From contig CAIKUQ010000070.1 in the NCBI GenBank assembly GCA_903830655.1, positions 9,596-73,595 of the forward strand: 64,000 nt of DNA, given 5' to 3'. Below are positions 1 to 8,139 of this stretch, in pieces. The notes under the pieces are model-generated. The model ran no database searches. It was not told the origin of the DNA and saw nothing but the letters and a program-made list of their open reading frames with translations. The position numbers were made by a program, and so were the translations under genes. Every line of letters starts with the position of its first letter. Position 1 is the stretch's first letter. The stretch is from an uncultured Actinomycetes bacterium. Lineage in GTDB: Bacteria > Actinomycetota > Acidimicrobiia > Acidimicrobiales > RAAP-2.

Positions 1-288
1 GCTCTCGCAGAATGCGAGTTGGACGCCACGCTGGCCGACGCCGCATTTGATTCGACCTTCGACGGGGCGCTTCGTGAGAGTCATCACCAAGGAATGGATC
101 CTGTTGGCTTTGACGTGGGCACTCCAGTGGTTCACGTGGGAGAGATTGCCTTCTTCGGTCCCGTAGTCACCCCCGCTCCAAAGGGCGAACAAGCGGGGCA
201 ACTTTTCGATGGAGTAGTGGCAGTTGCCGCGACTCCTGGTTTCTTCGAGCTGAAGCGCTCGCGCACCGTCAGCCCCTCATTCGAATAA
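1..288 (+). CDS. DsbA-like / mycothiol-dependent nitroreductase Rv2466c family protein, 5'-truncated by the window edge
   Basis: Frame 1 is open from base 1. The C-terminal SHHQGMDPVGFDVGTPV..AFFGPV..P.GE.AG.LFDGV...A..PGFFELKR.R matches the Rv2466c-family C-terminus as I recall it. Confidence 0.8.
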   Translation, partial: ALAECELDATLADAAFDSTFDGALRESHHQGMDPVGFDVGTPVVHVGEIAFFGPVVTPAPKGEQAGQLFDGVVAVAATPGFFELKRSRTVSPSFE

Positions 289-540
289 AAACTTTAGAAA
301 GTAAATGGTGAGTAACAACTCAACTTCTTGTTAGGAGTGTTACTGAGTGTTGTGAAAAGCGATTTATAACTCGCATTTCACATTCACGAAGAAACCATTT
401 TGTATTTAATGCGTAGCATCTTGGTTCAAATCATGGCCCATATTTATTGAACCTCGTTAAGATGTTCAGTATCAAACCAAAACAGGGTTTGCGCAGTTTC
501 GAAGCAGGTGTCAATGACGACAGGGAGATGGGTATCACAG

Positions 541-807
541 ATGAAATTTAAGAGCGACAATTTTGGTCTACGCATCCGCGAAGCTCGTAAAGTTCTTGAC
601 CTGAGCCAAGAAGAATTGGGCGCTCGCTGTGGACTGCACCGTACCTACATCGGTCACCTGGAGCGTAGTGAGGTAAACCCCTCTCTCACCAACATCCTTA
701 GAGTTGCCGAAGCACTGAAGATCGACGGTGGCGCTCTCATTGCAGGGCTAAAGGCTCCAGGACGCAAGCCCGTCAAGAAGACCGCTCGCAAGCGCGCTCT
801 GCGGTAG
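541..807 (+). CDS. XRE-family helix-turn-helix transcriptional regulator, controller (C) protein-like
   Basis: FGLRIREARKVLDLSQEELGARCGLHRTYIGHLERSEVNPSL is a classic HTH_3. ATG at 541 is preferred over the ORF-track start at 508. Confidence 0.88.
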   Translation: MKFKSDNFGLRIREARKVLDLSQEELGARCGLHRTYIGHLERSEVNPSLTNILRVAEALKIDGGALIAGLKAPGRKPVKKTARKRALR

Positions 808-880
808 TTCAGCTTTCTTCTGCGCTCAGTTCTAAGCGCGACTCTCTACCAGCGACAATCGCTCACGTCGAGCAGGAAAA

Positions 881-1921
881 TTATCGCTTCTTTTTCGCCG
901 CTGAAGTCCGACCGGCCTGGGTGACCCGACGGGTCGTGGCGGATGTCTTCGTGAACTTCGCGTAGAGCTCGGGTCGTTCTGCTTTCAATGCCGCCCGACT
1001 GAAAACAACCTTTTCCTTCGCAGTCCGATTCCACGTGCAGATACCTGCAATACCAGCGTTATTGGCGCACAACAGGCGAAGTTGATTCTCCGCCTTTGCT
1101 TTATTCCATTCAGCAAGGGCTACTTGACCCTTGATGTAGGAATATTTTGCTTTGGCAACCTCTAGAACTTTAGGATTTTTCTTTAGTTGATCGAGGATGT
1201 TATGGAAACCGGAAACGAAAGTTTCGAGATTGGGCGCGACCTGCCCGAGCGAAAGGTCATAGCGGTCGTTAGGAATCATTTTGAAAGATCCACCAATTTG
1301 GTAGGTCGCCTCCATGTATTTCTTATAAATTCCCGGAAAGGCTGAGCGAAACTCAGTTTCGGAGAAACGGGACGTCTGCACTACCTTTTGGCTTCGGAGA
1401 TCTTCGACGTCCCCACCCTCAGCGGACTTTTCGTCAAGCTGCCTTTCGTACTTCGCGACAAGCGCCTTCAGCTCTCGAACAATCAAGTCTTCTTTGAAAT
1501 ATTCTTTATGCAAAGCCAACGCGGACTTGGTAGCGACAATTACAGCCTTCTTCGAGCGCTTGGACTTAAACGCCTCGGCCGCAGAAAAAATGCTTTCCTG
1601 CTTCTTCACATCGGCCACTAGATCTTTTGCACTCTCGAGGCACTCACGCAGCTCGGTTTCGGTGAAGATAAACCATTCGCCACCGGTGATTCGATTTTCC
1701 GCATAGACCTGGTGCAACATCCTCTCGACAAAATGCACCGCCGGGGTCTGAAAAAGCTTGGTTTCTTTGAGGGCCCTGGGATTGCCCGTTTGATGTTCTT
1801 TGATGCGTTCGGCGGAAGTACGGCCATTTCGGACCAGGCCGATTTTCACGTACTTGGTGGGTCTCGCTGTTTGTGGATCGTATTCCTGCATGAAATAAAT
1901 TTCACCGGGGCTGAAGTTCAT
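881..1921 (-). CDS. T5orf172/MUG113 (GIY-YIG-like) nuclease-domain protein with a coiled-coil, repeated C-terminal region
   Basis: N-terminal IYFM..YVKIG..RI.E.QTGNP....VERMLH......R..GGEWF motif. ATG at 1921 (MNFSPGEIYFM) is the likely start. Confidence 0.8.
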   Translation of the reverse strand: MNFSPGEIYFMQEYDPQTARPTKYVKIGLVRNGRTSAERIKEHQTGNPRALKETKLFQTPAVHFVERMLHQVYAENRITGGEWFIFTETELRECLESAKDLVADVKKQESIFSAAEAFKSKRSKKAVIVATKSALALHKEYFKEDLIVRELKALVAKYERQLDEKSAEGGDVEDLRSQKVVQTSRFSETEFRSAFPGIYKKYMEATYQIGGSFKMIPNDRYDLSLGQVAPNLETFVSGFHNILDQLKKNPKVLEVAKAKYSYIKGQVALAEWNKAKAENQLRLLCANNAGIAGICTWNRTAKEKVVFSRAALKAERPELYAKFTKTSATTRRVTQAGRTSAAKKKR

Positions 1922-2023
1922 GGCCACTCGAGTCTCCTTGCTTCTCTCTACAGAATAGACGGCTCCACGCCTTGGTCTTATCGTGCATCGAGGATTCACC
2001 TCTTCGCCCGTTATTTTCGCGGC

Positions 2024-2476
2024 CTAAAGGTCCCCACCTTCGCTAAAGAACGGAGACATCTCGTCAAAGGGTGCCCAGACCAATCCCCTCGCTTCAAATA
2101 TGCCCCCCAAGAGCGAGAGTGAGCTTTCGGGGCCGGAAACCTGAATTTTGATGTTGTCAAATTCTTTCGCGGTTTGAGCGAGGGTGGCAATGGCCGTTGG
2201 GTCAATCTCTTCGAGCCAGACCAGACCCTTCGCATTCAAGGCTCGAGGTGCTGGTTCCTTCAACAAGTGCATGCCAATCATGGCGAGCAGCGCCTGGCCG
2301 GCCAACTCTGGTCCAGCGGGGCGCCACCGAACTGTCTCTTTAGTAAGGGTTAATAAGTCAAACATCTCCCAGGCCATTGCGTCACCCTCGTGGAGCAAAA
2401 ACAAGTGTGAGTGGTACATGCCATCGTCGTAACGACCGGGTTCACCCACGAGGGCGGATACTGAAACGGTACTCAT
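2024..2476 (-). CDS. hypothetical protein (~150 aa)
   Basis: Open frame with an AAGGAGA ribosome-binding site just upstream of the ATG at 2476. No motif recognised. Confidence 0.7.
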   Translation of the reverse strand: MSTVSVSALVGEPGRYDDGMYHSHLFLLHEGDAMAWEMFDLLTLTKETVRWRPAGPELAGQALLAMIGMHLLKEPAPRALNAKGLVWLEEIDPTAIATLAQTAKEFDNIKIQVSGPESSLSLLGGIFEARGLVWAPFDEMSPFFSEGGDL

Positions 2477-2558
2477 ATGTCTCCTTTTGACATATGCAAT
2501 GGTGGCAACTGGGTGTGACACGACACGGATCTCCGTCAAATTCGACTAGAAAAGACAA

Positions 2559-3314
2559 ATGGTTACTAAACGAATCCTGGCCACCTCGGGTGGTTTTATC
2601 CCCGGTCCCGTCCAAGGCAGCGCCCGAATCGGGGCCATGTTGGCCGAAGCACTTACCCTGACGGGCAAAACTCGCCCAAAGGTGTGCCTGGTTCTTACCG
2701 CGAGCGGCGACGACAGTAGCTACTACGCACTCCTTTACGAGGCGTTCAACGCCGCCGGCTGTGACGTAACCGAACTCAAGTTATTCACCCAGCCCAGCGC
2801 TGACCCCGAGGAGCGCCTCACCACCAGTGACCTAGTTTGGGTGGGTGGTGGCTCAGTAGCAAACCTCCTTGAACTATGGAGACTTCACAAGGTCGACCAG
2901 GGCATGCGAGCGGCGTGGGAAAAGGGCGTCATCCTCGCTGGGGTATCCGCCGGAAGTATTTGCTGGCACACGGGCGGAACGACGGATTCATATGGACCCG
3001 AACTCAAGCCCGTGACTAATGGCTTGGGATTTCTGCCTTACGCCAATGGCGTTCATTACGACTCCGAGCTTCAGCGCCGACCGCTCCTCCATCAATTGGT
3101 TGGCGACAAAGTCCTCGCTCCCGTAGCTCTGGCTACTGACGATCACGTCGGCGTATGGTATGAAAATGTCACACCGGTTTCGGTGGTGAGTGACTCGATT
3201 TCGAAGTGGCCCCAAGCAAAGGCGTACGTCATTCGACATCAGAGTTCCGGAACTCAAGAAATTGAACTACCGATAGGGCTGATTTCTGACGAACACGCCA
3301 CGGTATTCAAATAA
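2559..3314 (+). CDS. peptidase E (family S51) dipeptidase
   Basis: TASGD, WVGGGS..NLL..WR, nucleophile elbow GVSAGS and a downstream His (NGVHYD). Confidence 0.9.
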   Translation: MVTKRILATSGGFIPGPVQGSARIGAMLAEALTLTGKTRPKVCLVLTASGDDSSYYALLYEAFNAAGCDVTELKLFTQPSADPEERLTTSDLVWVGGGSVANLLELWRLHKVDQGMRAAWEKGVILAGVSAGSICWHTGGTTDSYGPELKPVTNGLGFLPYANGVHYDSELQRRPLLHQLVGDKVLAPVALATDDHVGVWYENVTPVSVVSDSISKWPQAKAYVIRHQSSGTQEIELPIGLISDEHATVFK

Positions 3315-3340
3315 GCCTCTTGCACTGAGGGTCTCTTTAG

Positions 3341-3414
3341 TGGGCGGTACAGGACTTGAACCTGTGACCCCTTCCATGTCAAGGAAGTGCGCTACCAGAC
3401 TGCGCCAACCGCCC
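3341..3414 (-). tRNA. tRNA-Val(GAC); CCA not encoded
   Basis: Reverse complement GGGCGGTTGGCGCAGTCTGGTAGCGCACTTCCTTGACATGGAAGGGGTCACAGGTTCAAGTCCTGTACCGCCCA folds as a cloverleaf. Anticodon arm is CTTCC-TTGACAT-GGAAG. Followed by CTA. Confidence 0.97.
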
Positions 3415-3495
3415 GTTGGGTACAACACCTTACCACTTTTATCTTTAGCACCAGCCCAGCTGCGTAACCAGCGCTAGGACTAAGCAGCCATTTGG

Positions 3496-4128
3496 CTACA
3501 TGAGAATTTTGAAATCAAAGCCAGCCTGGCCGTTGAGATTTCTCTCAACCTGCTTGACAAAAACCTCGACCGCCGCACGAGCGTCTTCGAGGGCATCATG
3601 CCCACCTGGTATCACTCCGTAGTATTCGCACAAGGCTGACAACCCCCTGCGCCGTGGATTGAGTTCCCGTGGCTCGATTTTGACATCGTGGGCGACAACA
3701 TCGATGACTCGCAAGTCCTGCAAAAACTTCATGTTGACAGCATTCCCACCAAAGTACTTCTGCATGCTGAACCGCATCATGGCAATATCAAATCCCGTGA
3801 CATTCGCGCCGACGATGTACGCACCTTTTTCGTGAAACTCCCGCAAGATGTCCGCAGCCCTCTCAAGTCCTTCGCTCACCGAAAGAAGCTCCCCGGCGCC
3901 CCGCTGTTCGAGGTCAGCCAGGGACATGCCGTGGACTCTCTGCGCGCCCTCTTCGATCATCCTGTCCGGCCGGACAAAAAACTGAGTGCTCCAGGACGCC
4001 ACACCCAGCTCATACAGAGTGAAACCATAGGAAATTGCCTGTTCAACCTCTACATCAAGCCCCGTTGTTTCGGTATCGAAGCCCAACATGAGTTGTGGGA
4101 CATGGGTGAATTTCCCGCTGGCTTCCAT
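3496..4128 (-). CDS. DEDDh 3'-5' exonuclease (DnaQ/epsilon-like family)
   Basis: ExoI GFDTETTG, ExoII ANVTGFD, ExoIII HDALEDA. Start is ATG 4128 or GTG 4137. Confidence 0.9.
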   Translation of the reverse strand: MEASGKFTHVPQLMLGFDTETTGLDVEVEQAISYGFTLYELGVASWSTQFFVRPDRMIEEGAQRVHGMSLADLEQRGAGELLSVSEGLERAADILREFHEKGAYIVGANVTGFDIAMMRFSMQKYFGGNAVNMKFLQDLRVIDVVAHDVKIEPRELNPRRRGLSALCEYYGVIPGGHDALEDARAAVEVFVKQVERNLNGQAGFDFKILM

Positions 4129-4161
4129 GCTTCCCACTCTGGCACCCCCTGGTCACAACAC

Positions 4162-4180
4162 CTGGGGGCAGTGCCCCCAG
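4162..4180 (-). terminator. GC-rich hairpin immediately 3' of tRNA-Cys (terminator or processing signal)
   Basis: CTGGGGG-(5-nt loop)-CCCCCAG, 2 nt past the tRNA CCA. No U-tract. Confidence 0.4.
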
Positions 4181-4182
4181 TT

Positions 4183-4256
4183 TGGAGGCGGCGTCCGGAT
4201 TCGAACCGGAGTGGAGGGCTTTGCAGGCCCCTGCCTAACCGCTCGGCCACGCCGCC
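4183..4256 (-). tRNA. tRNA-Cys(GCA)
   Basis: Reverse complement GGCGGCGTGGCCGAGCGGTTAGGCAGGGGCCTGCAAAGCCCTCCACTCCGGTTCGAATCCGGACGCCGCCTCCA. GCA anticodon, encoded CCA. Confidence 0.97.
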
Positions 4257-4269
4257 AGAATTGTCCAGT

Positions 4270-4452
4270 CTACTTGGCTTTAGCCTGACCGCGTTTCTGG
4301 TGGTAGATGAATACCCCGTAGGCGATGATTACTAGGTAGAGGAGTTTCATCAGCCAGATGACTATGTGACTGGCCAGATCAATCAAGCCGATTCCCAGGA
4401 AAACCGCGGCCACGACAATCAGTACTTCAATAGCGAGGTGTTGTTTGGTCAT
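4270..4452 (-). CDS. small two-helix membrane protein, hypothetical
   Basis: 60 aa, two hydrophobic stretches and a basic tail. AG-rich RBS-like sequence upstream of the ATG. Confidence 0.6.
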   Translation of the reverse strand: MTKQHLAIEVLIVVAAVFLGIGLIDLASHIVIWLMKLLYLVIIAYGVFIYHQKRGQAKAK

Positions 4453-4489
4453 GGATCTCTCTTTTCTCTCTACTTACTAGTCTAGGAGT

Positions 4490-5584
4490 GTGCGACGAGC
4501 GAATATTCGAAAAGTAGTGTCTGGAATGCTGGTGGCCTCGGCCGCTCTGCTACCTGCAACGCTAGCCAGTGCTACGTCCGCTCCCCTTCGAGCCACCCTC
4601 GCCCCGGCGCTCGCGACTAACGCCCCGGTAGTTCGATTGAGCTTCCCCGCGGCAATTAGCGCAGCACAATTGCCAAAACTGGTGACCACACCGGCTTTAA
4701 GGTCGGCTTGGGTCCAGGTGGGACCACGTACAGTGCAAGCAGTCATCACCGGCATCTTGCCCGCAGCAACCTCGTTTAGCGTTAAAGTCCCCACTCGATT
4801 CCAATGCTCCGGAAGCTGCACGGTTTCAGCCTCACGCACTGTCACCATGTATTCCCTGGCTCGCATGACCTATGAGGCACAACTACTGGCCGAGCTCAAT
4901 TACTTGCCTGTGAAATTCACCCCCGCTAATCCAAGTGCCGACTTGAGCCAGCCCACCCTTGGTACCTTTACTTGGCGATTTCCAAATTTACCCCGCTCTC
5001 TCAAATCACAATGGACGGCTGGCATCAATAATTCAATTCTCTTGGGCGCAGTGATGTCTTTTCAAGATGTTCACGGAATGGTTCAGAATGGGCTGATGGA
5101 TGGCCCCGTCCTCCTTGCATTGCAGAAAGAGATCAAAGCGGGCGCAGCCGGACTATCGCCACGTCCGTGGAACTACGTTGACATCTCGATGGTTGGCTAC
5201 GGCAACGCTCACGTTGAGCTTCTCGCCCTGTACGTGGATGGCAAAATTGTCGCCCCCACGCACTGTTCCACGTGCTGGGATTCTGGTCCCTACGTGAAAG
5301 TCAACACGGGAATTTCGGTCGCCCCCACTGACCTTGGGACCTTCCCCGTCTACTACCGTTACCGATCTCAAACTATGAGCGGTTTTAACCCTGATGGTTC
5401 CTATTATTCTGACGCCGGCGTCGAATGGGTTTCCTACTTCAACGGTGGCGAGGCGTTGCACGAATTCCCCCGTCCAAGTTATGGTTCGCCCCAATCTCTG
5501 GGCTGTATTGAGATGAGCATGTTCGACGCAAAGTTTGTGTGGCCCCACACGCCGATCGGCACCATCGTTTCAGTTCACGCGTAG
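4490..5584 (+). CDS. secreted L,D-transpeptidase (YkuD family) with a peptidoglycan-binding-like segment
   Basis: Signal peptide. AVMSFQDVHGM..NG..DG is PG-binding-like. The C-terminal YFNGGEALH...SLGCIEM..A..VW..TPIGT.V.V is the YkuD catalytic motif. Confidence 0.85.
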   Translation: MRRANIRKVVSGMLVASAALLPATLASATSAPLRATLAPALATNAPVVRLSFPAAISAAQLPKLVTTPALRSAWVQVGPRTVQAVITGILPAATSFSVKVPTRFQCSGSCTVSASRTVTMYSLARMTYEAQLLAELNYLPVKFTPANPSADLSQPTLGTFTWRFPNLPRSLKSQWTAGINNSILLGAVMSFQDVHGMVQNGLMDGPVLLALQKEIKAGAAGLSPRPWNYVDISMVGYGNAHVELLALYVDGKIVAPTHCSTCWDSGPYVKVNTGISVAPTDLGTFPVYYRYRSQTMSGFNPDGSYYSDAGVEWVSYFNGGEALHEFPRPSYGSPQSLGCIEMSMFDAKFVWPHTPIGTIVSVHA

Positions 5585-5607
5585 CAGCGCGCTAAAAAAT
5601 TCTTCGC

Positions 5608-6918
5608 TTAGGTAGCACGAGAGTCTTTTGGCCCAAAGGCGTGGGACCCTCGTTGGCGCTCAATCTCAAGGCCCTCGTCACCCAACTCGCTGAGCGTGCC
5701 CAGGCTGGTGTTGCCAAACTTAGCCCTAACCTCATCTACGGCGTCTCGCAGGGCTTCTTTAGAGACTTGACGTTCTTGGCTCAACTGAGCGACCTTGGCT
5801 TTACCTTCGATTGAACCCGAGTCGATGTCAAAACTTAATTGAACCGCGTTCTCACTACGGTCAAGAAAGTTCGAAAGATGAACGCCCACTAACCGGACCG
5901 ACTCTTTCAAAGGAACGGTCTCCATAAGAGCGCCCACAATGGCACTGATCGCCGTCTCGTCATCGACTCCAAAGGGCAATGTTTGGCTTCGAGACACTGC
6001 GCTCTGGTCGTCAAAGCGGAGCGAAACCGAAATGGTTCGCGCCACCTGCTCTTTGGAACGTAAAGCTCGAGCCACTATTGCGCTATGTGATTTCGCGATT
6101 TCCAGCAGCTCTTCTACCGACCTAATTGACTTCGCGAAGGTTTGGTCATGTCCAATAGATTTAAGCTCCCGGTTAATTTCGACAGCGCGTTCATCGTCAC
6201 CCGTTGCATAGTCTGCGAGGCTGCGGGCCATCGCTGGTCCAACGTGGATGGCGAGCGTTTCTTCCCCCACCTTGGATAGGTCGCGAACAAAGTGAATGCC
6301 CAGATTTTCCAATTTGGCAGCGGTCGCCGGCCCCACCCCCCACAACGAACGAATTGGCAGTTCGACCAACCATTTGGCTTCCATCTCGGGATCGACCCAG
6401 AGAACACCCGGCCCATCAATCAATTGCCCTTTCACCACATGAGGCTTCGACCGCTTCGAAGCCAACTTGGCCCACAACTTATTTCTTCCCAAACCCACGC
6501 CACTCAAGAGACCGAGTTCGTCATTAATCCGTCCCTTTAAGTTCCACGCGGCAGCGATTGGATCAGGCGTCAGCAGCGAGAGGCTTCGTAAATCACAGAA
6601 GACCTCATCGAGACCAAGAGGTTCATAATCGGGAGTTAAGTCATTAATAATGTCGTGGAAACGCTGCGAGTAATACTCGTATCGGTCAAAACGGCCAGGG
6701 AGGATAATCAGATCGGGGCACATACGCTGCGCTAGTAGAGACGGCATGGCGCTCTTGACCCCGTATCGGCGCGCCTCGTAACTAGCCGAAGCAATAACGC
6801 TGCGAGCCCCCGCCCCACCGACAGCCACCGGCTTGCCTTTCAGAGATGGTTCATCAAGAATTTCAACCGATGCAAAGAATGCATCCAAATCAATATGCAA
6901 AATTGGCGCCTCATACAC
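5608..6918 (-). CDS. dinB: DNA polymerase IV (Y family)
   Basis: ILHIDLDAFFASVE, ASYEARRYGVKSAM, GLDEVF, LWGVG. GTG at 6918 lies just after the upstream stop; the ORF track extends to 6987. Confidence 0.95.
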   Translation of the reverse strand: MYEAPILHIDLDAFFASVEILDEPSLKGKPVAVGGAGARSVIASASYEARRYGVKSAMPSLLAQRMCPDLIILPGRFDRYEYYSQRFHDIINDLTPDYEPLGLDEVFCDLRSLSLLTPDPIAAAWNLKGRINDELGLLSGVGLGRNKLWAKLASKRSKPHVVKGQLIDGPGVLWVDPEMEAKWLVELPIRSLWGVGPATAAKLENLGIHFVRDLSKVGEETLAIHVGPAMARSLADYATGDDERAVEINRELKSIGHDQTFAKSIRSVEELLEIAKSHSAIVARALRSKEQVARTISVSLRFDDQSAVSRSQTLPFGVDDETAISAIVGALMETVPLKESVRLVGVHLSNFLDRSENAVQLSFDIDSGSIEGKAKVAQLSQERQVSKEALRDAVDEVRAKFGNTSLGTLSELGDEGLEIERQRGSHAFGPKDSRAT

Positions 6919-6928
6919 TGAAGGGTTT

Positions 6929-7636
6929 TCAGCTGGCAAGATCGATCCTGCGGAAGGCTTCACCGAATTCGAGACCAACTTCGGCACCCGCCTGACGCGC
7001 CCTCTCGAGAACTACTTCGCGAATCGAAGCTGTTTCTCCGTCTAATTGGGAACCGTGGGCTAATACTGCGCCAACCTTGGCCTCCACTCCAACGCCCACA
7101 TTCGCCACCACATCTGGTTCGAGCGAACCACTTAATAACAAGGTCGATACCTGGTGGGCCTCTCCAGTTTTTGGGTAGTACAGCGGCATCGCCGCAGCGG
7201 GCGCGCAGGCATCCAGCACTGCCCAGCCCGTTTCGCGATGATCGCGGTGATTAACGTAGACCCCGCCAAAAAATATGGCCGTTGGATCTGGAGCAATCAC
7301 AACATCGGGACGAATGCTGCGGATAAGTCCAACCAGTTCGGCACGGACCTCATCGCTGTTGGACACTTCACCATCGACGTACCCAAGATTCGTGGCGCTC
7401 ATCAAACCCATCACGCTGGCGGCACGGTCAAGTTCCGTTCTGCGGTGTCCCGAGAGTACCGCTACATTCTCAACTGAATAATGGGCACCCTTTGAGCCAT
7501 CGCACAGGACTACGAGGTGTACATCGGTACCTTGCTGCGCCCAGGTCGCCAGAGTCCCTCCAGCCGCCACATCAGCGTCGTCGGGATGAGCGTAGATCGC
7601 AAGAACCACCTTGGGGCTTAATGAAAGAATGTTCAC
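6929..7636 (-). CDS. PIG-L/LmbE family deacetylase
   Basis: AHPDD metal motif and NHRDH motif. Confidence 0.9.
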   Translation of the reverse strand: MNILSLSPKVVLAIYAHPDDADVAAGGTLATWAQQGTDVHLVVLCDGSKGAHYSVENVAVLSGHRRTELDRAASVMGLMSATNLGYVDGEVSNSDEVRAELVGLIRSIRPDVVIAPDPTAIFFGGVYVNHRDHRETGWAVLDACAPAAAMPLYYPKTGEAHQVSTLLLSGSLEPDVVANVGVGVEAKVGAVLAHGSQLDGETASIREVVLERARQAGAEVGLEFGEAFRRIDLAS

Positions 7637-8106
7637 TAGCGCCTGGTCTTTGGAGCCGTTGTCTTTTCCAAGTTTCGGATCTCTCGAGCAAAATCTTGCG
7701 CATCGTCAAAACCGCGATATACAGAGGCGAAGCGAAGGAAAGCGACCTCGTCGAGAGCCTTCAAGGCCTCTAAAGTCGCCAAGCCGACCTCCTCGCTTTG
7801 GACATCGCGGTTGAGTACCCGCATAGTTTCTTCCACCGAAATCACCAGGGCCACAAGCGCATCTTCTTCAATAGTCCGGTTTTTTGCCGCCGCTCGCACT
7901 CCCCGCAACAGCTTTTCCCGGTCGAAGGGCTCTCGGTCGCCAGAGCGCTTAGCCACGAACAGAGCAGTCTCTTCAACCCGCTCATAGGTGGTGTAGCGCT
8001 GCGAGCAGTGCCCGCATTCGCGCCGTCGACGGATGGCAACGCCATCCTCGGCGAGTCTCGAGTCAATTACGCGGTCATCGTCGGTCGCGCAAAATGGGCA
8101 CTTCAT
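7636..8106 (-). CDS. nrdR: transcriptional repressor NrdR
   Basis: MKCPFC...SR......IRRRREC..C..RYTTYER zinc ribbon, an ATP-cone, and AFLRFASVY. Confidence 0.97.
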   Translation of the reverse strand: MKCPFCATDDDRVIDSRLAEDGVAIRRRRECGHCSQRYTTYERVEETALFVAKRSGDREPFDREKLLRGVRAAAKNRTIEEDALVALVISVEETMRVLNRDVQSEEVGLATLEALKALDEVAFLRFASVYRGFDDAQDFAREIRNLEKTTAPKTRR

Positions 8107-8139
8107 GCTCCCAAGCCTAGTCATCAGTCCTCAAGAAAA

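Noticed and set aside
449-467. GAAC...GTTC upstream of the XRE gene as an SOS box
   Set aside because: The spacer is 11 nt, not the 4 nt required and seen in the four real boxes.
3330-3420. tRNA-Val as the attachment site of an integrated element covering 0.3-3.3 kb
   Set aside because: I found no duplicated tRNA 3' end and no integrase on that side within the window. The flanking genes (Rv2466c-like, peptidase E) look chromosomal.
3688-4335. 215-aa plus-strand ORF
   Set aside because: It is antisense to the exonuclease and tRNA-Cys, with no motifs.
4477-4866. 129-aa minus-strand ORF
   Set aside because: It is a shadow of the L,D-transpeptidase N-terminus.
6929-7636. Calling the PIG-L protein MshB or Mca
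   Set aside because: Only family-level motifs are visible. It is shorter than I expect for those enzymes and lacks their specific signatures.
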